In this document: in pieces, positions 22,909 through 34,841 of the stretch | How positions within the stretch are numbered: the first letter of the stretch is position 1 | Layout: the number at the start of each line of letters is the position of its first letter | Assembly (NCBI GenBank): GCA_002269645.1 | Contig: NIVC01002440.1 | Location: 109,484-173,483, forward strand | Direction of reading: 5' to 3' | DNA: 64,000 bases | From: Macrostomum lignano | Lineage: Eukaryota | Translations under genes and position numbers: made by a program | Notes under the pieces: generated by a model | The model's input: the letters and a program-made list of their open reading frames with translations, nothing else | Told to the model about the DNA's origin: nothing | Database searches by the model: none

Positions 22909-25316
22909 TCCTGTTTTCTTGGGCGAGTTGCTGACGCTGGTGACGGGGCCGTGTTTGGCTTGGGCGGCCGCGATGTACTCCTGATAGCTGGCCTCCCGCT
23001 GCTTGATAAGCTCCTGCACCTCCTTGGTCTCCTCCTCAAGCCGCTGGCAGGCCTCCTGGTAGCGCCTGGCGGCCTCCATGTACTCGTCCTTGAACTTGGC
23101 CAGCTCGTCCTTCTTGGTTCGCAGGCTGGCCTCCACTGACTTGATCTGCTGCACCTGCTGGCAGTTTGAGGGCTCGCCCACCACCATGCGCAAGGTGTAC
23201 TTCACGTCCTGCAGCCAGTTGTCTCCGTACAGGCACACCAGGTGCTTGCCGGGGTTCAGGGAGATGCTGTGCGCCGGCTCATACATGTGCAGCAGGTAGA
23301 AGCTGATGGGCGTGTCCTTGTCCTCCTGCGGAACCGGGGTCAGGGTGGGATGCAGTGAATGGGGGTCAGGGTGGGCATGCGGTGAATAGGGGTCAGGGTG
23401 GGCATGCGGTGAATGGGGGTCAGGGTGGGCATGCGGTGAATGGGGGTCAGGGTGGACATGTGGTGAATGGGGGTCAGGGTGGGCATGCGGTGAATGGGGG
23501 TCAGGGTGGACATGTGGTGAATGGGGGTCAGGTTAGGATGCGGTGAATGGGGGTCAAGGTGGGCATGTGGTGAATGGGGGTCAAGGTGGGCATGTGGTGA
23601 ATGGGGGTCAGGGTGGGCATGTGGTGAATGTGGGTCAGAGTAAATGGGGGTCAGGGTGAATGGGGGTCAGTGTGAAAGGGGGTCAGTGTGAAAGGGGGTC
23701 AGGGTAAATGGGGGTCAGGGTGAATGGGGGTCAGGGTAAATGGTGGTTAGGGTGAATGGGGGTCAGGGTGAATGGGGGTTAGGGTGAATGGGGGTCAGGG
23801 TGAATGGGGGTCAGGGTAAATGGTGGTCAGGGTGAATGGGGGTCAGGGTGAATGGGGGTTAGGGTGAATGGGGGTCAGGGTGAATGGGGGTCAGGGTGAA
23901 TGGGGGTCAGGGTGAATGGGGGTCAGGGTGAATGGGGGTTAGGGTGAATGGGGGTCAGGGTAAATGGGGGTCAGGGTAAATGGATGTCAGGCAAAGGATG
24001 CCGTGAGCAGCAAAGGCAAAGTTACCTGCAGGAAGCGCAGCGGGAAGAGCTCTGAGAGGTGCATGCGGTCGAAGGGCACCAGGAACATGTCCGCGTGTGT
24101 CCCGGACGGCCGACCAGCGCTGCTACGGCAGGACTCCTCGATGGTGCGCACCCCGCCCTCCTTGTCGAACAGCACCAGCTTGAACTTGGAGGAGGAGGAG
24201 CTGTGCGCCAGCAGCAGCACCCCGCTGGCTGCGGCCGCCTCGTCCACATTGAGCCAGTAGAAGCGGGCCGCCTGCCGCTCCACGCGGTCCTCCACCTGCC
24301 TGTTGGTTGGCGGGTTGGAAATTCAAATTGCGGGCACAAACTGCCAGCTCTACTTGCAGTAGTGCTGACGAATGAGTGACAGGCATGGGTTTACAGGATT
24401 GCGGTCCAGTGTGCGGACCTGGGAGGTCAGCCAGAGGATTTGGGAGGGAGGTCAGCCAGAGGATCTGGGAGGGAGGTCAGCCAGAGGATCGGGGAGGGAG
24501 GTCAGCCAGGGGATCTGACAGGGAGGTCAGCCAGGGGATCTGACAGGGAGGTCAGCCAGGGGATCTGACAGAGAGGTCAACCAGGGGATCTGACAGGGAG
24601 GTCAGCCAGATCTGACAGGGAGGTCAGCCAGGGGATCTGACAGAGAGGTCAACCAGGGGATCTGACAGGGAGGTCAGCCAGGAGATCTGACAGGGAGGTC
24701 AGCCAGTAGATCTGACAGGGAGGTCAGCCAGATCTGACAGGGAGGTCAGCCAGGAGATCTGACAGGGAGGTCAGCCAGGAGATCTGACAGGGAGGTCAGC
24801 CAGGGGATCTGACAGGGAGGTCAGCCATAAAATCCGGGAAGCCCAAGCAGGCTGTCAAGCAATTCAATCGCACCTTCCCGGCACCAGAGTGGCGACGGTG
24901 TCGGCTGGCGTCTCGCCGGTGACGAGCTGGCAGGCCTGGGACAGCACCTTGGGCGCAATCTGGGTGGGAATCGGCACTCCTAGGCTGCTGAACAGGGCGC
25001 CGAACACGCGGCCAAGGCCTCCCACCTCATCCATGTTGACGCCTTCGAAGTCCATGAGGTTGGCGCCCTCGCCGAGCTGGCGGCCGCGATCGTACTGGTG
25101 CCGCTTGTTGGGGTCGCTGAGCACTGCGTAGGCGATGCTCACCTCCTTGAACTTCTCGGCCGCGGCGGCGTCGCCAGGGTTTTTGTCCGGATGAAGCCGG
25201 ATGGCCAGCTTCCTGTAGGCGTTCTTGATTTCGGCTGCGCTGGCGGACTTCTCCACGCCCAGCAGCTCGTAGTAATCCTTCCGCTTGCCGCCCCCATTGC
25301 TGCCGCTGCTGGCCAT
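22876..25316 (-). CDS. DnaJ protein of the ARG1/AtJ15/AtJ16 / C. elegans dnj-16 type, 3 exons (24874-25316, 24026-24299, 22876-23325), 388 aa
   Basis: J domain DYYELLGV...LHPDKNP...[11 protein letters not shown], then [29 protein letters not shown] and [10 protein letters not shown], ending in a coiled coil. Canonical splice sites with matching phases. Confidence 0.9.
23335..23985. repeat. Intronic G-rich minisatellite (27-bp then 16-bp units)
   Basis: ggggtcagggtgggcatgcggtgaatg, then ggggtcagggtgaatg. Confidence 0.95.
24420..24827. repeat. Intronic 22-25-bp minisatellite
   Basis: Unit gggaggtcagccaggggatctgaca. Confidence 0.95.
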
Positions 25317-25339
25317 TGCTGCTTCTGCATGCAAAGATT

Positions 25340-26305
25340 TGAGCAATGGGAACTGCTACACTTTCCTGTGGTTTTTATGAGCAATGGGAACTGGTACACT
25401 TTCCTGTAGCTTTTATGAGCAATGGGAACTGCTACACTTTCCTGTGGTTTTTATGAGCAATGGGAACTGCTACACTTTCCTGTAGCTTTTATGAGCAATG
25501 GGAACTGCTACACTTTCCTGTGGTTTTTATGAGCAATGGGAACTGCTACACTTTCCTGTAGCTTTTATGGGCAATGGAAACTGCTACACTTTCCTGTGGA
25601 TTTTATGAGCAATGGGAACTGCTACACTTCTGTAGCTTTTATGAGCAATGGGAACTGCTACACTTTCCTGTGGTTTTTATGAGCAATGGGAACTGCTACA
25701 CTTTCCTGTAGCTTTTATGAGCAATGGGAACTGCTACACTTTCCTGTAGCTTTTATGAGCAATGGGAACTGCTACACTTTCCTGTAGCTTTTATGAGCAA
25801 TGGGAACTGCTACACTTTCCTGTAGCTTTTATGAGCAATGGGAACTGCTACACTTTCCTGTAGCTTTTATGAGCAATGGGAACTGCTACACTTTCCTGTA
25901 GCTTTTATGAGCAATGGGAACTGCTACACTTTCCTGTAGCTTTTATGAGCAATGGGAACTGCTACACTTTCCTGTAGCTTTTATGAGCAATGGGAACTGC
26001 TACACTTTCCTGTAGCTTTTATGAGCAATGGGAACTGCTACACTTTCCTGTAGCTTTTATGAGCAATGGGAACTGCTACACTTTCCTGTAGCTTTTATGA
26101 GCAATGGGAACTGCTACACTTTCCTGTAGCTTTTATGAGCAATGGGAACTGCTACACTTTCCTGTAGCTTTTATGAGCAATGGGAACTGCTACACTTTCC
26201 TGTCACTTATGAGCAATGGGAACTGCTACACTTTCCTGTCACTTATGAGCAATGGGAACTGCTACACTTTGCTGTCACTTATGAGCAATGGCAACTGCTA
26301 CACTT
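25340..26305. repeat. 38-bp minisatellite, about 25 copies, directly upstream of the DnaJ ATG
   Basis: Unit atgagcaatgggaactgctacactttcctgtagctttt. Confidence 0.98.
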
Positions 26306-26649
26306 TATCAGAGGTACTACAAGGAAGGGCACCAAAATTTAACAATTCAAAACATCATTTTGAATCAAATTAAAACTTCATAAGACTGAAATTTTATATA
26401 ATAGAAAAATCAATATACAAGGCCCCTAATAAGATCAAAATTTCAGCATTCCTTTGGTTTACAATCATTTCAAAATTTGGATTTTGGTTTATGGTCACCA
26501 TACAAATTACTGAATCTCAACAATAAAAATATTTAAAAACATGAAAACATTAAATCATTAAAAACATTAAAATGGCATATTTCAAGCAAGCATCTAAAAA
26601 GGGGGATGTAAAAATGAAAGCCAGGAATTTTCTCTCCTCAAAAAAAGAC

Positions 26650-26945
26650 TTATTGCCATCACAGATTTGGTGTCTTCAATGGCCTGGCAATGCATTAATA
26701 AAGAGAATTGGATCAACCTCTTGCAATTAGAGGGATTATTGGCCAACACCATTCTATGTCCTACCTGTGGCTCAAAAATGAGGCTTGTAAAAGTCAGATA
26801 GATATGTCTTTAGATGCAAAAAGTCAGCATTATCTCTATTGGGGGTTTTTGAAAAGCATGTGACTACTAATAATAAAGTGGTCTTTCTTTGAAGAATCAA
26901 AACTAAACCCCATGGACATAGTTGGCATAGCTACTAGTTACTTGC
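26650..26945 (+). mobile_element. Degenerate Merlin/IS1595(ISXO2)-type transposase N-terminal fragment
   Basis: Reads WINLLQLEGLLANTILCPTCGSKMRLVKV...DRYVFRCKK...FFEESKLNPMDIVG across frameshifts, resembling the recalled GLLxxxxxCxxC...M...FRC...SFFExSKL pattern. Confidence 0.5.
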
Positions 26946-27405
26946 TTGATAAAGCAAAGGTAAGTATAGAAAAGTTAGAAACAACCTGCTTAGATCATAT
27001 ATATATCAGCTTTCATTAATGATCATTTTAATTGTTTGTCACCTTTTCAGATGATTCTAAACTGAAGCTGGGTAGCTACCCAGCTTGGTTGATTATTTAA
27101 TTGGGAAAACTATATGTGATTGATTGTATACTAAAGTAAGAAGGGTTAAAAATAAGGACACATTAGCTATAAATGCCTCTTTATGGAAATTGCTTTGCCT
27201 TCTTGTAGGTGCCTATAGAAAATATATGGAATTGAATATCTATGAACATAGATATAATATAAATGCTACCATAAATTCTAGATTAGGCCTAAAAATTGTT
27301 GCTATTTTCAATGATTCTCTTATTCTTTATATTGGTGATTATCACTTTCACTTTGCATAGTGATTGTAAAACCAATGGCAATGAATGCCAAAATTAGACC
27401 TCCTA

Positions 27406-27581
27406 ACCAAAATTTCACAATGCCAAAAACTCAAAATACAAAGCCCCCATAAGACCAAAATATTAGAATGTCAAAAATTTTAGTCTTAGGAAATTTTATG
27501 CTTAAGCCTATAAAATATTGGTCTTAGGCCCTACTCCTATGAGAGACCATGCTATAGTTTTTGGCATTGTAAAATTTTGGT
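27406..27581. mobile_element. Foldback / MITE-like remnant with 26-bp inverted repeats
   Basis: accaaaatttcacaatgccaaaaact (27406-27431) vs agtttttggcattgtaaaattttggt (27556-27581), 1 mismatch; an inner taagacca...tggtctta pair is also present. Confidence 0.55.
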
Positions 27582-27590
27582 CCTATAAAA

Positions 27591-27669
27591 CAAGTAGTAT
27601 GAAGATGCACACGTCTTTTTGCCACCAGTGAATGGGCTTCTTTTTAGATGTGGGTCTTCATACTACTTG
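27591..27669. repeat. 79-bp element with perfect 15-bp inverted ends
   Basis: caagtagtatgaaga (27591-27605) and tcttcatactacttg (27655-27669); no clear TSD. Confidence 0.6.
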
Positions 27670-30465
27670 ATAAACCTAGTTTTGTACCGATGAAAAAGAA
27701 CTTTGAAAGCTCAATAAAAATGTAAATCTCTACTTCTCCCATTTTCTCTCTTTGTCTGTTCTGTTTCTCTCCACTCTAATCTCTCTCTAGTCTTCCCTCT
27801 TCTCTCCTCTCGCTTCTAGCTCTTGTCTTATCTTTTATCTTTTCTTTAGTCTATCTCTTCTCTATTCTCTTTCTCTCTCATCTGACCCGCAGCCATAAGC
27901 TGGAATCGAATCTTCTATAATAGGCTCTAGAAGGCCTCGATATAAAAAAATTTCTAATGACTAAAGTCTACAGAGCATAGCAAGGTTATATACCACCTCA
28001 TTAAGCTGGTTGTTTTGGCGCATGCTCCTCTTAGCATCAGCTTAAGTGCTTGGAAAGTCAGGCCAGTTTTGTGGGACATAAACGTAAACCTCGTACTCTC
28101 ATCTCAATCAGATAGTATACTTAAGTTACCCTAAGGCTTTTCATTCTCCAACGGAGTTGCAAAGAAAGCTATAAATAAGTCTTTCCAAAACACTGTACAT
28201 ACCTACTTCAGAAGCCGTATCGCCTGACTTTTTAGTTGGAGGGGGGAGGATTGTACACGTAGTGACTTGGATCTTGCGTTTGACAAACTTTGTACTGGGC
28301 TTGCAATTCAAATGTGCAGTTAAAGAGCTAAATTTAATACGAAATTCTAATCACGTGACGCCCGTTTATCGATCTAATTTCCCTTGGTCTGTGTGCGAGT
28401 CAAATGAAGCTCTATTACATGCCCTCCAAACCAAGCCGCCAAGCCCTCTCGCGTTGCCACAACCCCACTTAGAAGGGACGGGTGTGTATATTGTATGTAC
28501 AATTATTCCTTCCTTTCCTTTCCTTTCTAAACAGCTTAACTCAGCCCAATGCCAAAGCCATGCAAGCAATTGCATGCAAATGCAGATTATGCAAAGCGGT
28601 ATGCAGTTTAATGTGATGAATTTTGATGCAAAAAAGGCATTTTTTACATGAAAAAACATTGAATGGTTATGAAATTCAAGAAATTTGTTAAATTAACTAT
28701 ATGGAACACTGTGCATTAGTTTCAGTGCAAAATTTCTACCATTTCCCAGTTAAATAGCCTCAGAAATAACAAAAGTGTCAAAAATCATGTTTTCAGCTTT
28801 TTATTGATAATTTTTTACCCAATGAACCGAATCTCTAGAAATTGCACAAAAATGTGCCTTGTTATGTGGGAAATCAGATTTCATAAAAATATTGTTGTCT
28901 TACTGCGTTATTGTGCCTGATTTCAAGCAAAATATTAAAAAATCACTACTTTGATCAATTTCCAATCACTTTTAACACATGAGCACTTGTTGCAGACACT
29001 CAAAAACTTGGTTGATTTTAGCCAGACATAAGTACAACTTGTTGCAGTATCCGCATTTGATCTACCATTCTTTTAAAATTTTAATAATCCATTTTTTGGG
29101 CACCCATCCAGCCAAAAATCACTAATTATCAATTTCGGATCGATTTTTCAACCCAAAAGCAGCAAAATCAGATGGCAACAATTTAAACCAATATAGTACA
29201 GCAACTATGCTATAGAAATTCGAAATCGGCTTATTCGCACTATGTTATCAAAATTATAATGAGCAATAATGCAAAAGTCATGTGATTTTCTTCAAAATAG
29301 ATCTTTGTCGATTTTCTCAGCACTGCAGAATTGTAGGGAAACAAAACTTTAGACACTTGTAGATTTTTGCATTGCACATCCAACTGCACTGCTTTGAAGC
29401 CCAAACTCAAAAAGCTTTGTAGGAAAAAGTGGGGAAATAATAATACAAGGCTCATTTTTTTACCCAAAAAACCCACAAAAACTGCATAAAGATGCTGAAA
29501 TAAATTAAAGTGCCATATACCATTTTGTAGGAAATTTAGTTTGACAACTTTGATCCTCAGATATTGAAGCTGTATCTTGTAAGGTGTACCAGAATTTTGA
29601 GATCTCCTAGAAGCACTTTTGAAAAATTTGTCTTTCCAGCTAAATAACGGCTTAGTATAAAAATCTTTGCACTTAAAAGTATATTCATTCGATAGATCTA
29701 AAAGTTTTCTATCAATTGGCACTTCACTCAACTCAATCGGAGTAGTGGCTACAAAACAGGAGCACTTTTTGGTGAAAAAATGTGAAATTTCAAAATGCAT
29801 TGCGGTATAATTTATTTAGGCCTATTCGTAAATACTTTCTAGCCCATGTTGGCCTTCAGCGGCGCCAGGCTCAGCTTGTTCACTGGTGGAACTAGTCTTA
29901 TGAAGGCAGGTAGGTGTCTTTTAGTTTCAATAATTAGTGTTATTAAATTTTGGTCTTGTGAAAGCAACCCATTTAATGGGTCCCATTACAAGGAATTAAA
30001 GGAAGTAAAGGCTCTAAACTTCTAAATAAAGTAGTTATTAGGTGCTAGGCTATATAATTAAGCCTAGACCCGATGCTTTTTCAATTTAGTATCAATAGAC
30101 TAGGCCTATATAGGCCTTAGGCCTATTATAGCCATAGGTAGAATTAGTACAATAGACACAACCGAGTCTAGACCCAAGTTGAAATTTATCATACCATTTG
30201 GCATTTTGATTTTTATTCTGTCTGACTAGTGACTGAGCCTAATCATACACATTGAAACTTCAAATTTGTTTCCATAATAGACTTAGGCATAGATAGGCAC
30301 TATACACTTGTCAACAATAAGATATGAAATTATTAGACCCTAGGCCTACATACTAACATACATCAACACTAACAGTAGGCCTAAATTCTTCAGTTCAAGA
30401 AGTTTTTTTTATTTTACAAAGTGGTTAGGCTAGGACCTAGGGCTATAGGCCTTTAACTATATAGT

Positions 30466-30594
30466 ACAGACAAAAAGAGATCTAGCTAGGGGCCTACTAC
30501 CTAGGCCTAGTCTTTGTGTGGATGCATTCGCAGAACAACTGAGAGGGGCAAGTCATGGTGGACTGGGGGCTAAGCCCAATGGCCTAATGCCGAT
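30466..30594 (-). mobile_element. Short 3'-end fragment of the same RTE-like LINE family as 43363-43840
   Basis: acagacaaaaagagatctagctag...ctttgtg...gcagaacaac...ggcaagtcatgg..gactgggg aligns to 43363-43460 with an about 21-bp insertion. Confidence 0.75.
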
Positions 30595-31581
30595 GGCTAG
30601 GCCCAAACAAAACCATTATTCATTGCTAAGCCAAAAGCTAAGAATATGTACTTTTTTATTTTGTAAATCTGAATCCAACAATTGATAATATACATTATGA
30701 GTTCAGATTCCTTTGGTCTCCATAGATTCTTGATAATTTAACACGACACTAGTGAGGCTCTTCATATTGCTTGTTCAGGTTCTAGAACCAGAACACACCA
30801 ATTTGTAAAGTATAACTTTTTGTTTCCTAAACTATAGGGATATTAGTGCTTTAAAATTGTGATTATTGAATGGCAATAGCCAAGAAGAAAGTGAAAAATT
30901 GTGCAAAGTGAGCCAGTGAGGCTGTTAAGGCAGTCAAACATTCAACAAAGTTAAAAAATTATATTGCTTTTTTATTTTTTTTCTTGGAAATCCGAACCGA
31001 TTCTGGTTCTGGAATCGATTTCCATGAAGAGGCTCCCTCTAGCTCGGTTACGATTGTCTATTATTCTGATAAATTGATAAGAGGTAGTTGCGTTAAATTC
31101 AATTATCAATTAATAAAAATTGTTTTATTTCGTTATTTTGTAAGTAACAAATCATTATTAATTGCTTTTTTACCTGAGATAGTTTGTAGTTTTGTTAAAA
31201 ACAGTAAATAAACATTTTTGAATAATTAAAAAGTTGAAAATTTTTCATATTAATAATTTGTCTCGATCGATCGACAGTTGCTTTTTTATTTTTTACAGAG
31301 AAAGAGAAAAGAATTGATTACTTCGTAATTCGTACTTCCTCCTAGTAATTGTCACATTGTGATTGTATTAGTAGGTATTTAATGTCATTGTCTTGATGTT
31401 TAGTATAGTAAATAATTTTATAGAAATAGAAAGTAGGCTTAAAGAACAAAACATACTATAATAATATTACTAGATATACAATATTACTACTAGATATATA
31501 ATATTACTACATACTAGAAAACGACAGTAATGGGATGCTGGGACTTAAATTTTTCTCGGAAAGTTGGATGGAGTTGTTTAA

Positions 31582-31801
31582 CTAAAGACAAACGGTAATG
31601 TTGAGGGCTCCGGGGCATGTTGAGCATGTCTGTTGGTTGGCCAGAAGATGGAAGGTTGCCATCCAGTTGATGCAGTCTCTAGGCGTCTGGGTGATGTTGG
31701 CCAGCTCGCGCATCGTAAAGTTTATGTCGCACAGCTCCAGCGAGGGACGCAGTTGTCCAGGAGGGACGATGAATGTAGGTGCCGCTGGGCGCCCAGCCAT
31801 G
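31582..31801 (-). mobile_element. Second Merlin/ISXO2-type transposase N-terminal fragment
   Basis: MAGRPAAP...MRELANITQTPRDCINWMATFHLLANQQTCSTCPGAL* shows the CIxW...LLAN...CxxC pattern; truncated. Confidence 0.5.
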
Positions 31802-33759
31802 TTGCAGTTCGAGTAAAATTTAATAAAATTTAACAAGTGAAGACTCAATGCAATAAGTCAAAGCTCATGCGAGAGTGGGAAGGGGAGCAAGGAGCGAGTG
31901 CAAGCTGCTGCCTATACTCCGCCACGAACCGAGTAGGTGAGTAGTGCCATAGACATGTGTCAGCAGCAACCCCATGTCCTTTCCACTACTGCCACATCAT
32001 TTTTTCAATAGGCACAATTTCAAATGCTGCCACGTCACTTTTTCGCGTCTACGCACCGATTCAAATAGAAAAAATAATTTAACGAACGAAAGAGGAAAAT
32101 CGCCGAAAAACCCATATTGGTTAAACTAGCGAAAAATTAAAACAAAATGCATAAATGAACAAATTTAAATCAAAGAAACAAAGCAGTTAGTAAGTTGAAT
32201 TAAGAGAACTGGCATTTGATAGATAGATACCAACATACCATTTAGTATATGGGATTTGGTGGATAGTATTTATTTTCAATACTTTTGTGGTTTTGAGTAT
32301 CAAACAAAAGTGAGGAAACCAAGTATTGCATAATAAATAAAGTAATAAATTAAATGTGTGGAATAAAGTATGGATCAGTAACATGCGGAAAAACATATGG
32401 AATAATGTTCAAAATAACATGCGGAACAACATACAGAATATGTGGAATAATGTGCAGAATAACATGTGTAGTAATGTGCAATGTATATTAACACTCATTA
32501 TTGCAGGTCGGCCTAGAATGCTTTAAGAATTGCAAGTGCCAATTAAAACAAATCTTTATTATTAACATTATTATTAATATTGCTCTGAAGTCCTAATTAG
32601 TTTGTAAACTATATTTAAACTTGATGGCTTTTTATTTGATTTAGAAATGTTCATAGAAGGCAACTGATATTTAGTCTATACCTATCATATTCATTCATTT
32701 TTCGCTAATATAGTACAATAATAGTCTTATTAGGATATAATTAACTTATGCAAAAATCATCATTCATTTGTGTGCACTTGTTAAGTTTTTGTACATTTGC
32801 ATATTGAATAGATGCTTGCTTATATACTCTTAAAGGTGTATACATGCTTATATTATATACCTTTGCAAAAAGTTACATGCTTGCACTGCTTAGATCAAAT
32901 AACTAGGGCCTAGGCCTAGTCTTAATAGAATACAATTGGCAAGAAGATTTAGGAGTGAAAAAAGCTATTTGCCATAGTCAAAATCCCTAGCTTTGATTTT
33001 TAAATGTATGCAAATGATACAACATGGTTATAATATATGTTCACATTCTATTTTTAACTAATATGCACATTTGCATGTTGCTCCAAGAATTCTATCTTAA
33101 CCAAGTAGTCTGAAAGCTATCTTTGATAAAAATATCAAAATTTGTTGTGATATATATATGGATCTTTTTATTAAGAAACATAACCTAGATTGCTTTTTAG
33201 GATATATTCCCTGATCTAGCCATAGGAATTTTTAGTTTAACAAAAATTAAAACTTAGTTTTCTGTAAAAACTCATTTTTAAATAATGACAATGCTATTAA
33301 AGTCTTGAAGTTAGAGTTCCTAGGCATAAAAACCAGAATGAAACAATTTTTTAGGTCAAATACTGATTTTATATACAATGGTTATTTATCTTTAGTCAGT
33401 ATTCATAGTCTAAGAAGTGGCTTCTACATGACTTTTCAATTCAAGACAAAGGTGGAATTGATGCTGTTCATACTAATAATGATAAACACAATGCAAATTT
33501 AGCACTAATCAACCAAAACTATGTTTTTTTTAGATGCATCCAATGCTATTAAGAATCCCTATATAGTCCTATAGATATTTTTGTACCTTTAAGATTTATG
33601 AGTGGTTTCTGCAGTTGCTTTCAATAGATTGACAAGCAACTTTGAGCTGACCAGAGATAATCGAAATATAGGAAGTTAGACAGGAGTTAAACATACAATG
33701 GAATGCATACAGATTTTTTGTCTGGCACACATGCTACCCTGCCTGCACCACTGCAGCCA

Positions 33760-34122
33760 ATGGCCAGCCAAAGCAGGGCGGTGCTGCAGGCCTACAAGGC
33801 GCTGCACCGGGCAGCCCAGGTCACCTTCGCTGGGGACTCCTATGCTCTTGGCATTGTTGGCGACCGCATCCGGACTGGCTTCCGCGAGCAGGCAGCCCTG
33901 ACTGACCCGGCGGCGGTGGCCAAGCAGCTGCTGATTGCCAGGGACTGCGCTGCAATGCTGAGAACGCACGTTGTCAGGGCAACCAGGGAGTCCGAGGGCG
34001 AGGCTTTCCGTGTGCAGCTGGGCGAGGACACCTACCTGGAGGACTCGCCGACGCCTTCGGCAACGCCGGCAACGGAGGCGCCTTCGGTTGGCGGCTGCGG
34101 CGGGGCGGCTTCGTCCCGATAG
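33760..34122 (+). CDS. LYRM7: LYR motif protein 7 / complex III assembly factor (MZM1-like), 120 aa
   Basis: VLQAYKALHRAAQVTFAGDSYAL...RIRTGFRE...LRTHVVRA aligns with recalled LYRM7. CTGCAG lies 3 nt before the ATG, and AATAAA is at 34378. Confidence 0.85.
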   Translation: MASQSRAVLQAYKALHRAAQVTFAGDSYALGIVGDRIRTGFREQAALTDPAAVAKQLLIARDCAAMLRTHVVRATRESEGEAFRVQLGEDTYLEDSPTPSATPATEAPSVGGCGGAASSR

Positions 34123-34424
34123 GGGAGGAGATGCTCGTATTGGATTGCTGCAGACTGCAGAGCCCTATCTGCTAATGCTTTTGTATTTGACTATTTGTTT
34201 TTGTCATTCATTTAGCTGTAGAGGCTTCCCATTGATCTGCCTGCCTTAGATTGATTTCGCATTTGCAGTCAGCCAGTCTGTCACTGGCTGGCAGTTCACT
34301 AATTACACTGCATCACGGCCGCTCCGCGTGCTCCGTTTTGTTAGTCATGTTGGCAGCTTCTCTGATTGTTTTTTATCAATAAATATTGGTCATTAGGCCG
34401 ATGAGAGTCAGATGCCCCCCAGCT

Positions 34425-34812
34425 GCCCCCACTGAGCAGTCAGATCCCCAGCTCATCCCACTGTCAGCAGTCAGATCCCCAGCTCATCCCACTGTGAGCA
34501 GTCAGATCCCCAGCTCATCCCACTGTGAGCAGTCAGATCCCCAGCTCACCCACTGTGAGCAGTCAGATCCCCAGCTCACCCACTGTGAGCAGTCAGATCC
34601 CCAGCTCATCCCACTGTGAGCAGTCAGATCCCCAGCTCATCCCACTGTGAGCAGTCAGATCCCCAGCTCATCCCACTGTGGGCAGTCAGATCCCCAGCTC
34701 ATCCCACTGTGAGCAGTCAGATCCCCAGCTCATCCCACTGTGAGCAGTCAGATCCCCAGCTCATCCCACTGTGAGCAGTCAGATCCCCAGCTCATCCCAC
34801 TGTGAGCAGTCA
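34425..34812. repeat. 31-bp minisatellite between LYRM7 and NF-YC
   Basis: Unit cagtcagatccccagctcatcccactgtgag. Confidence 0.97.
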
Positions 34813-34841
34813 GCCGCAGCTGCCCTGCCCGCACACTGCAG

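Noticed and set aside
28262-29800. ORFs of 129 aa and 186 aa in the AT-rich block
   Set aside because: No motifs or codon bias. 28630-29820 looks like non-coding transposon subterminal DNA, but I could not find TIRs.
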